Positions 1 to 5,278 of a DNA stretch of 6,173 nt are shown here, in pieces. The notes under the pieces are model-generated. The model ran no database searches and had not been told where the DNA came from. It saw nothing but the letters and a program-made list of their open reading frames with translations. Origin of the DNA: a virus (Duplodnaviria > Heunggongvirae > Uroviricota > Caudoviricetes); IMG/VR virus record IMGVR_UViG_2609459804_000023. One strand, given 5' to 3'. Positions within the stretch are counted from its first letter, which is position 1. Every line of letters begins with the position of its first letter. Position numbers and translations under genes: made by a program.

Positions 1-15
1 TGCCAACTTACTGAT
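1..15. repeat. IS1 left terminal inverted repeat (partial)
   Basis: Positions 1-15 are the reverse complement of the matching part of the right repeat at 738-760 with few mismatches. Confidence 0.8.
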
Positions 16-47
16 TTAGTGTATGATGGTGATTTTAAGGTGCTTGC

Positions 48-323
48 GTGGCTTCCATTTCCATCAGATGTCCTTCCTGCTCCGCTACTGAAGGCGTGGT
101 GCGTAACGGCAAAAGCACTGCCGGACATCAGCGCTATCTCTGCTCTCATTGCCGTAAAACATGGCAACTACAGTTCACTTACACCGCCTCTCAGCCCGGT
201 ACGCACCAGAAAATCATTGATATGGCCATGAATGGCGTCGGATGTCGCGCCAGTGCACGCATTATGGGCGTTGGCCTCAACACGGTTTTACGTCACTTAA
301 AAAACTCAGGCCGCAGTCGGTAA
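48..323 (+). CDS. insA: IS1 InsA (transposition repressor / N-terminal part of transposase), GTG start
   Basis: 91-aa [46 protein letters not shown]... with zinc-finger-like CxxC..CxxC and helix-turn-helix region, matching InsA from memory; stop TAA at 321-323. Confidence 0.92.
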   Translation: MASISIRCPSCSATEGVVRNGKSTAGHQRYLCSHCRKTWQLQFTYTASQPGTHQKIIDMAMNGVGCRASARIMGVGLNTVLRHLKNSGRSR

Positions 324-745
324 CCTCGCGCATACAACCGGGCAGTGATGTGATTGTCTGCGCTGAAATGGACGAACAGTGGGGCTACGTCGGTGCTAAA
401 TCACGTCAGCGCTGGCTGTTTTACGCGTATGACAGGATACGGAGGACTGTTGTGGCGCACGTCTTCGGTGAACGCACTCTGGCCACACTGGAGCGTCTTC
501 TGAGCCTGCTGTCGGCCTTTGAGGTCGTGGTATGGATGACGGATGGCTGGCCGCTGTATGAATCACGCCTGAAGGGAAAGCTGCACGTTATCAGCAAGCG
601 TTACACTCAGCGCATTGAGCGACATAATCTGAATCTGAGACAACATCTGGCAAGGCTGGGACGGAAGTCACTGTCGTTCTCAAAATCGGTGGAGCTGCAT
701 GACAAGGTCATCGGGCATTATCTGAACATAAAACACTATCAGTAA
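242..745 (+). CDS. insB: IS1 InsB reading frame (catalytic part of the transposase, expressed as InsAB' fusion by -1 frameshift from insA)
   Basis: 167-codon open frame in the -1 frame relative to insA, overlapping its 3' end; C-terminal sequence ...[54 protein letters not shown]... is typical of InsB. Confidence 0.9.
   Translation: MSRQCTHYGRWPQHGFTSLKKLRPQSVTSRIQPGSDVIVCAEMDEQWGYVGAKSRQRWLFYAYDRIRRTVVAHVFGERTLATLERLLSLLSAFEVVVWMTDGWPLYESRLKGKLHVISKRYTQRIERHNLNLRQHLARLGRKSLSFSKSVELHDKVIGHYLNIKHYQ
297..305 (+). promoter_or_regulatory. Programmed -1 ribosomal frameshift motif TTAAAAAAC (A6C) of IS1
   Basis: Exact ttaaaaaac heptamer context inside the insA/insB overlap, upstream of the insA stop. 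Confidence 0.8.
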
Positions 746-760
746 GTTGGAGTCATTACC
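738..760. repeat. IS1 right terminal inverted repeat
   Basis: atcagtaagttggagtcattacc; reverse complement resembles the IS1 left end. Confidence 0.85.
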
Positions 761-907
761 ATCGCCAGGATGATTTCTCAGATAACAGGAGTTGATATTC
801 AGTATTGCCGGAGGCGGGTCGTGTGGTGCGAGAGGGTCCTTGATTCAGAAATGTTTTATGCAATGAAGCGAGAATTGGAGAAAGAACTTCTAGTGATTAC
901 TGGATGA
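761..907 (+). pseudogene. Open frame running from the IS1 boundary to a TGA at 905-907; possible 3' remnant of the late antiterminator Q gene interrupted by IS1
   Basis: Only one of the three plus frames is open across 761-904 (IARMISQITGVDIQYCRRRVVWCERVLDSEMFYAMKRELEKELLVITG*); the in-frame ATG at 770 has no usable Shine-Dalgarno; the stop lies about 25 bp upstream of a PR'-like promoter, which is where Q ends in lambdoid phages. The Q identity is inference by position, not sequence recognition. Confidence 0.3.
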
Positions 908-931
908 TGCAAAATATTTTTTGTAAATGCG

Positions 932-960
932 TTGCTTTCGAGAAATGAAAGTAGTATGTT
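932..960 (+). promoter_or_regulatory. Candidate late promoter PR' (-35 TTGCTT 932-937, 17-bp spacer, -10 TATGTT 955-960), likely including the Q-utilisation region
   Basis: Sigma70-like hexamers with 17-bp spacing located about 110-130 bp upstream of a strong terminator, the arrangement of lambdoid PR'-tR'. Confidence 0.4.
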
Positions 961-966
961 TTGTGT

Positions 967-1095
967 ATGCTCGGAGCAAAAGCGCACTGAGAAGCGAAAG
1001 AGAAATCCTGATTTACCTCGGTCGTCGATAATATTTAGGATCGGCATACTGGCTAGATTAGGTAAAGGCCTCGGCAGAAATGTCGGGGCTTTTTG
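967..1095 (+). ncRNA. Short PR'-to-tR' transcript (lambda 6S-RNA-like terminated late leader; approximate 5' end)
   Basis: Region between the candidate PR' and the tR' hairpin with no convincing ORF; by analogy with lambda 6S RNA and the terminated PR' transcripts of Stx phages. Confidence 0.35.
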
Positions 1096-1098
1096 TTT
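1068..1098 (+). terminator. Intrinsic terminator tR' (9-bp stem, GAAA tetraloop, T-run)
   Basis: gcctcggca-gaaa-tgtcggggc followed by tttttgttt; the downstream sequence gcacaacaggtaagagcattga resembles, from memory, the sequence immediately after lambda tR'. Confidence 0.75.
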
Positions 1099-1171
1099 GC
1101 ACAACAGGTAAGAGCATTGAACCCGCAGACCTCGTGGAATTGGTGAAAGGTGTGCGCAGTGCTCTTATCGT

Positions 1172-1298
1172 TGTGGTGAAGCTCAATGGCGAGCTAGCAG
1201 ACAGGCGACTGTGAAAATACTAGTCATGTAGCGGATCGCCGCGCGTATTGTAATCGGCAGCGCACCGATGGGAGCTGGTTCGATTCCGGCCGCCACAA
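1172..1298 (+). pseudogene. tRNA-like relic: acceptor 5' strand plus D-arm (1172-1194) and T-arm plus acceptor 3' strand (1274-1297) separated by too much sequence for a functional tRNA
   Basis: tgtggtg (1172-1178) pairs perfectly with cgccaca (1291-1297); D-arm gctc-aatggc-gagc; canonical T-arm gctgg-ttcgatt-ccggc; total span about 125 nt with no canonical anticodon loop and no encoded CCA. Confidence 0.35.
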
Positions 1299-1414
1299 TC
1301 CAAACTGAGCCGTAGCCTCTGGGTGTCCTGAATTCATCAGTGATAGTTACGCTGCGGCCTTCTACATACGATTTTTGTGAAAAGCGGGTGGCAAGAGGCT
1401 GCGAAATTTTTAAA

Positions 1415-1636
1415 TACCTCACAATTCCACAGCTTGATGATTGTCTGGCTGCCGGAGAATTTGTTAAAAATTACATCGCGTGGTGAATCCCCCTCAGCGG
1501 CGGGGCATCTGGCAAAGTGTATGATCCAGCGAACATGCAAATTCAGTAGCCAGGCTGAATTTACCGGGAGGCACCTGGCACCATGCGACAGACAGAAATT
1601 AGGCTATACTTCAGCCCCTCTCCGGAGGGGCTTTTC
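1415..1636 (+). repeat. Module A of a tandem triplicated element (candidate small-RNA or attenuator unit) ending in an intrinsic terminator
   Basis: Shares ordered conserved blocks with 1881-2120: tcacaattc, attgtctggc, tttgttaaaaa, ggtgaatccccct, a conserved-stem hairpin (1489-1506), accgggaggcacc.tgcaccatgc, and the terminator agcccctc-tccg-gaggggct-ttt. Indels shift the reading frame between copies. Confidence 0.6.
1613..1636 (+). terminator. Intrinsic terminator of module A (8-bp GC-rich stem, UCCG loop, T-run)
   Basis: agcccctc tccg gaggggct tttc. Confidence 0.8.
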
Positions 1637-1677
1637 TGTGCAGGATGTGTCACAGTTTCCTGAATTCTGAGTACTGT

Positions 1678-1849
1678 CCTGTTACTCAGGGTGCTATATT
1701 TTCTGACGTGATGAAAGTCTGCCGGAAGGCGGAACGTATCGGAAATGACCCAGTAGAGAAAACGTTGACTCAGATACCGATGCTGAGTTACCGGGAAACC
1801 GGCATCACATGACCGCTATCCTTCCAGGCTCGCTCCGGCGGGCCTTTTT
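1678..1849 (+). repeat. Module B, a shortened and more diverged copy of the same element
   Basis: Retains gttactca, gatga..gtctg..ccgga, gctgagttaccgggaaaccggcatcacatg and a terminator with the same UCCG loop. Confidence 0.5.
1827..1849 (+). terminator. Intrinsic terminator of module B
   Basis: ggctcgc tccg gcgggcc ttttt (7-bp stem with one G-U pair). Confidence 0.75.
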
Positions 1850-1880
1850 ACTGCAGAAAACAGTTTTCCCGTAAAATGCC

Positions 1881-2120
1881 ACGTTACTCACAATTCAGGC
1901 TGGCGATTATTGTCTGGCCAGCGGGAAGTTTGTTAAAAAAATATGGCATGGTGAATCCCCCTGTGCGGAGGGGCATATCAGCGACAGGTGTTTGGTCACA
2001 CCCCTTATCCTTTCTGGTGCGGGTTCAGGTGCTGATACTGAACTCACCGGGAGGCACCCTGCACCATGCATGAACGGTACATAGCGCTACTCTCCAGCCC
2101 CTCTCCGGAGGGGCTTTCTT
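1881..2120 (+). repeat. Module C of the tandem triplicated element, ending in an intrinsic terminator
   Basis: Same ordered conserved blocks as module A, a hairpin at 1957-1974 with conserved stem and different loop, and an identical terminator stem-loop at 2096-2115; preceded by a -10-like TAAAAT at 1872-1877. Confidence 0.6.
2096..2120 (+). terminator. Intrinsic terminator of module C
   Basis: agcccctc tccg gaggggct ttcttgtt. Confidence 0.7.
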
Positions 2121-2127
2121 GTTGGAT

Positions 2128-2157
2128 AAAAAAAAGCCCGCGCCGGGAAGCGCGGGT
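2128..2157 (-). terminator. Minus-strand intrinsic terminator (hairpin preceded on the plus strand by A8), convergent with the module C terminator
   Basis: aaaaaaaa gcccgcgc cgggaa gcgcgggt: read on the minus strand this is an 8-bp GC stem followed by U8. Confidence 0.5.
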
Positions 2158-2357
2158 GGCAAGGAATAAACAACAAAACGTGAAGTGATCAATTTTCAGC
2201 TGGCGAATAATACCCGACAGTAATCACTCTGCGCAACTGTATGGTCTTTTTCGTATTGCGGGCTGTAGTCATCCTCCTGTTTCTGAACCCTTGTCCATGA
2301 CTGACGTCAGCCCGCACCTTATCTTGATTGCATACACTATCCCTGCCGGGAGGAATA

Positions 2358-4331
2358 ATGGCATTTAAACACTATGACGTGGTCAGGGCATCATCGCCGT
2401 CAGACCTCGCAGGAAAACTGACGCAAAAACTGAAGGAAGGCTGGCAACCCTATGGTAGTCCGATTATCTCAAACGCGGGTTATGGTGCTGAATTTATCCA
2501 GGCTATAGTCGCTGAAGGGGATATGACCTCTCCGGTAGTTTCACCGGGGGGAGATGGTACCCGGACTGTTGTTGTTGAACCAGAATATTACTTTGTCATT
2601 GCGCTGGCCGGACAGTCAAACGGCATGGCGTATGGTGAAGGTCTGCCGCTGCCGGAGACATATGACCGTCCGGACCCGCGTATTAAACAGCTGGCGCGTC
2701 GCAGTACGGTGACACCGGGTGGTGCGGCCTGTGCATATAACGACATCATTCCGGCGGACCACTGCCTGCATGATGTGCAGGATTTGAGCCGTTTTTCTCA
2801 TCCGAAAGCCAGCGCAGAGCAGTATGGGTGTGTCGGACAGGGATTGCATATTGCCAAAAAGCTGTTGCCCTTTATGCCGGAAAATGCGGGTATTTTGTTA
2901 GTGCCGTGCTGTCGTGGTGGCTCTGCGTTTACAGCCGGTGCTGACGGAACGTTCAGTGAAAGTTCAGGAGCGTCGGATAAATCTGAACGATGGGGCGTTG
3001 ATAAGCCGTTGTATAAAGACCTGCTGACACGCACTCAGGCCGCGCTGAAGGCAAACCCCAAAAACATACTGCTTTGTGTTGTCTGGATGCAGGGCGAGTT
3101 TGATTTAAAACAGGGAGCGTACGCCAGTCAGCCCGCCATGTTTGATGCCATGGTGGAAAAATACCGTTCTGACCTGGCGGGAGTATCCGGTCAGTGCGCT
3201 GGTGCTTCTCCTTCTCTGGTGCCCTGGATTTGTGGTGACACGACGTACTACTGGAAGGAGACGTATTCAGCGCAATACGATGCCGTCTATGGCGCATACA
3301 AAACCAAAGCCGGTAAAAATATCTTCTTTGTGCCGTTTATGATGGATGACAATGGTCAGAAAGTCGGGACCAATGAACCGTCAGAAGACCCGGATATTCC
3401 GGCTATCGGGTATTATGGTTCCGGTGGACGAACGGATGCGAAGAGCTGGACAACATCCGATCGTAAAACCCACTTTGGTTCATGGGCGCGTCGCGGAATT
3501 ATTTCCGACCGTCTGGCAACAGCCATTCTTCTGCATGTGGGCAGAGTGGCAGATTTTGTTTCCGGGAAAGTGACAAAAGCCGCGGTTTCTTCAGGCGGAG
3601 GCGTATCGCAACCAGCACAGGAGAGTGGCGATACTCAGCCTGAATCCGTTGTCCCGACAAAGATACAGTCAGTGCTGGCTTATGATGCGAATGCGGAAAA
3701 TGCCGATCTGGCTTCGCAGGGCTGGACGCTGACAGATGTCAAAAACACGCTGGTCAGTGACAGTGGTTCAGGTAAAAAAGCCCTTCGTCTTGAAAAACCA
3801 GAAAATGGTCTTGCACAGAAAAAGACCTGGAAAGTATCGCACGCAATTGATGCCGGTAAGGGGAAGGAGCTGTTCGATAACGGCGGTGAAATCACGCTGC
3901 GCTTTAAAATCCCCGATGATGTATCTCTCAATGCTTCTGCAAATCAATATTCTGCGGGTATTTACTGGCGCGGTAGTGGATGGCCGGGAGCGGAATCAGA
4001 GGAGGGTTATATTGCGGCCTTCTATCTGCAGACTGATAAAACAAACATCAATGTGATGTATCATGCAAACACCACATCACAGCGGCTTGGTAGTTATGGT
4101 CCGTTCGATCACGACTGGCACACGCTGACTTTCCGCTTCCCGGGTGGTGGCTCGCTGAACGTCACGCCGGTGCTTGATAATGCAGCAGGAAAACCGTTTA
4201 CGCTGACCAGATGGACGAATGCAGCCTTTGAGGCCAACGCGCTGGCAATTACGGATATTACCGGAAATGCGGCAACTTACCCTGTGCTGATTGAAAGTCT
4301 TACTGTTGGTGTGAATGCCGTAGCAGCATAA
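2358..4331 (+). CDS. nanS: Prophage-encoded sialate O-acetylesterase of the NanS-p type (N-terminal DUF1737-like region, SGNH/SASA esterase core with GQSN motif, about 250-aa C-terminal domain)
   Basis: 657-aa ORF; GGGAGG at 2348-2353 four nt before ATG 2358; N-terminus MAFKHYDVVRASSPSDLAGKLTQKLKEGWQPYGSPIIS and motif FVIALAGQSNGMAYGEG are characteristic of the family; location between the late regulatory region and the holin matches nanS-p in EHEC lambdoid prophages. The ORF-track start at 2328 is probably an upstream in-frame ATG without a ribosome-binding site. Confidence 0.88.
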   Translation: MAFKHYDVVRASSPSDLAGKLTQKLKEGWQPYGSPIISNAGYGAEFIQAIVAEGDMTSPVVSPGGDGTRTVVVEPEYYFVIALAGQSNGMAYGEGLPLPETYDRPDPRIKQLARRSTVTPGGAACAYNDIIPADHCLHDVQDLSRFSHPKASAEQYGCVGQGLHIAKKLLPFMPENAGILLVPCCRGGSAFTAGADGTFSESSGASDKSERWGVDKPLYKDLLTRTQAALKANPKNILLCVVWMQGEFDLKQGAYASQPAMFDAMVEKYRSDLAGVSGQCAGASPSLVPWICGDTTYYWKETYSAQYDAVYGAYKTKAGKNIFFVPFMMDDNGQKVGTNEPSEDPDIPAIGYYGSGGRTDAKSWTTSDRKTHFGSWARRGIISDRLATAILLHVGRVADFVSGKVTKAAVSSGGGVSQPAQESGDTQPESVVPTKIQSVLAYDANAENADLASQGWTLTDVKNTLVSDSGSGKKALRLEKPENGLAQKKTWKVSHAIDAGKGKELFDNGGEITLRFKIPDDVSLNASANQYSAGIYWRGSGWPGAESEEGYIAAFYLQTDKTNINVMYHANTTSQRLGSYGPFDHDWHTLTFRFPGGGSLNVTPVLDNAAGKPFTLTRWTNAAFEANALAITDITGNAATYPVLIESLTVGVNAVAA

Positions 4332-4337
4332 CAGACG

Positions 4338-4373
4338 AAAAAAACCGCCAGCAACAGGAATGGAGACTGGCGG
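4338..4373 (-). terminator. Hairpin with flanking A7 just after the nanS stop; possible weak or antisense-direction terminator
   Basis: aaaaaaa ccgccag (15-nt loop) ctggcgg; U-tract only on the minus strand; the loop is long, so weak. Confidence 0.25.
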
Positions 4374-4471
4374 AGGTAATCCCAATGGAGAATCTAACGA
4401 AAGGATGCTTTCGACATCAATCATTTCTAAATGAAAACAGTTCTCATTGTCAACAGTAACGGTAATAAACC

Positions 4472-4666
4472 ATGACATTCATCAACCAGTTAATGCTGTA
4501 CTTCTGTACGGTGGTCTGTGTGTTGTATCTGCTTTCGGGTGGATACAGGGCAGTACGCGACTTCTGGCGCAGACAGATTGACAAAAGGGCCGCTGAGAAA
4601 ATCAGCGCCACTCAGTCAGCCGGAGCAAAAACAGAAGCCCCACTCATTCCGGAACAACCTTCTTAA
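4472..4666 (+). CDS. Hypothetical small membrane protein (64 aa, N-terminal transmembrane segment, basic C-terminal tail)
   Basis: ORF MTFINQLMLYFCTVVCVLYLLSGGYRAVRDFWRRQIDKR...; hydrophobic N-terminus; weak Shine-Dalgarno; sits 25 bp upstream of the next ORF. Confidence 0.35.
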   Translation: MTFINQLMLYFCTVVCVLYLLSGGYRAVRDFWRRQIDKRAAEKISATQSAGAKTEAPLIPEQPS

Positions 4667-4691
4667 TAACCCCTTTCAACGAGAAAATCTC

Positions 4692-4982
4692 ATGACAGAT
4701 ATAAAACAACTGGTCACTGCTGAGGCAGTGAAGGAAGTCATTCGCTCTGAAGAAGTCAGAAGCGTCCTGAAACAAAAACTCCGCCAGAATCTGGAAGAGC
4801 GTCTTGATGCAGAAGTGGATTCAATTCTGGATGAATTGCTTGGTGCACAGCCGGAACCATCCCCGGAACTGCTTCCGGAACCACAGGCGGAAGATGTCAC
4901 CACGGAAAATGGTGATATTCAGCCGGAGTCACCGGTGACGGATATGACAGACACACAACCCGAACCGGGCACAATGCTGTAA
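4692..4982 (+). CDS. Hypothetical acidic protein (96 aa; N-terminal helical region, Pro/Glu-rich low-complexity C-terminus)
   Basis: In-frame ATG at 4692 (MTDIKQLVTAEAVKEVIRSEEVRSVLKQKLRQNLEERLDAEVDSILDELLGAQPEPSPELLPEPQAEDV...); the longer ORF-track version from 4518 overlaps the preceding ORF in another frame and is less likely. Confidence 0.45.
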   Translation: MTDIKQLVTAEAVKEVIRSEEVRSVLKQKLRQNLEERLDAEVDSILDELLGAQPEPSPELLPEPQAEDVTTENGDIQPESPVTDMTDTQPEPGTML

Positions 4983-4993
4983 CGGCGGGGCAG

Positions 4994-5024
4994 GGCCATC
5001 AGTAAAACACTGATGGCCTTTTTT
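4994..5024 (+). terminator. Strong intrinsic terminator immediately upstream of the holin gene
   Basis: ggccatcag-taaaaca-ctgatggcc (perfect 9-bp stem) followed by tttttt. Confidence 0.8.
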
Positions 5025-5058
5025 ATTTCCGGTAGCACAGGTCTGTCGGGGCGGGGAT

Positions 5059-5274
5059 ATGTATCAGATGGAAAAAATATCAACGGGCATAGCCTATGGT
5101 ACTTCTGCGGGCAGTGCGGGTTACTGGTTTCTACAGTGGTTGGATCAGGTTACTCCGTCACAGTGGGCTGCTATCGGGGTTTTGGGGAGCCTGTGTCTGG
5201 GGTTCCTGACATACCTGACGAATCTGTATTTCAAAATTAAAGAGGACCGTCGCAAGGCTGCCCGGGGAGAGTGA
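5059..5274 (+). CDS. S: Class II holin of the phage 21 S21 pinholin type with dual-start motif (71-aa antiholin from ATG 5059, 68-aa holin from ATG 5068)
   Basis: [71 protein letters not shown] is near-identical, from memory, to S21; two hydrophobic segments; GGGGA placed optimally for the second ATG. Confidence 0.88.
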   Translation: MYQMEKISTGIAYGTSAGSAGYWFLQWLDQVTPSQWAAIGVLGSLCLGFLTYLTNLYFKIKEDRRKAARGE

Positions 5275-5278
5275 TTAG

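Larger units (their letters stand above)
1..760 (+). mobile_element. IS1 insertion sequence; left end truncated by window edge (about 8 bp of the left inverted repeat missing), right end complete at 760
   Basis: InsA and InsB reading frames with the characteristic A6C frameshift motif; window begins inside the IS1 left terminal repeat (tgccaacttactgat...) and the right terminal repeat ends ...gttggagtcattacc at 760. Recognised from memory of IS1. Confidence 0.95.

Noticed and set aside
19-231. 70-aa plus-strand ORF inside IS1
   Set aside because: Alternative frame overlapping insA within a well-known element; no independent support.
856-1104. 82-aa minus-strand ORF
   Set aside because: Lies antisense across the PR' promoter and tR' terminator hairpin; no ribosome-binding site; low-complexity translation.
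1183-1540. Minus-strand ORFs 1183-1422 and 1337-1540
   Set aside because: Cover the tRNA-like relic and lambda-like non-coding sequence; they overlap each other and have no start context.
1377-1670. 97-aa plus-strand ORF spanning module A
   Set aside because: The paralogous module C ORF (1876-2073) is in a different frame relative to the conserved nucleotide blocks and the ORF reads through a terminator, so the conservation is not protein-coding.
1876-2073. 65-aa plus-strand ORF spanning module C
   Set aside because: Same reasoning as for 1377-1670; no frame-consistent similarity to the module A ORF.
1415-2120. Possibility that the repeated modules are a CRISPR array, an intact tRNA array or a type I toxin-antitoxin locus
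   Set aside because: Units are about 170-240 bp and diverged, not short identical repeats with spacers; no cloverleaf can be drawn; the short peptides are not hydrophobic like type I toxins.
2189-2272. 27-codon minus-strand ORF upstream of nanS-p
   Set aside because: AGGAGG directly abuts the ATG (zero spacing) and no promoter is evident; mentioned in findings only as context for the minus-strand terminator.
1380-2330. Presence of Shiga toxin genes (stxA/stxB) at the expected moron position
   Set aside because: No ORF of appropriate size or sequence; the region is occupied by the non-coding module array.
2328-2357. Upstream in-frame ATG giving a 667-aa nanS product
   Set aside because: No ribosome-binding site, whereas GGGAGG is optimally placed for ATG 2358.
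2616-4478. Eight internal or antisense ORFs within nanS-p (2616-2849, 2798-3034, 2953-3297, 3680-3931 and 4077-4478 on minus; 3142-3342, 3346-3573 and 3736-4056 on plus)
   Set aside because: All are embedded in or antisense to a long, well-supported CDS; they lack start signals and are typical of GC-rich coding sequence.
4518-4691. N-terminal extension of the acidic ORF (154-aa version)
   Set aside because: Overlaps the 4472-4666 ORF out of frame, is Cys-rich low-complexity, and has no ribosome-binding site; the ATG at 4692 is preferred.
5013-5240. 75-aa plus-strand ORF overlapping the holin
   Set aside because: Alternative frame of the confidently identified holin gene and starts inside the upstream terminator.
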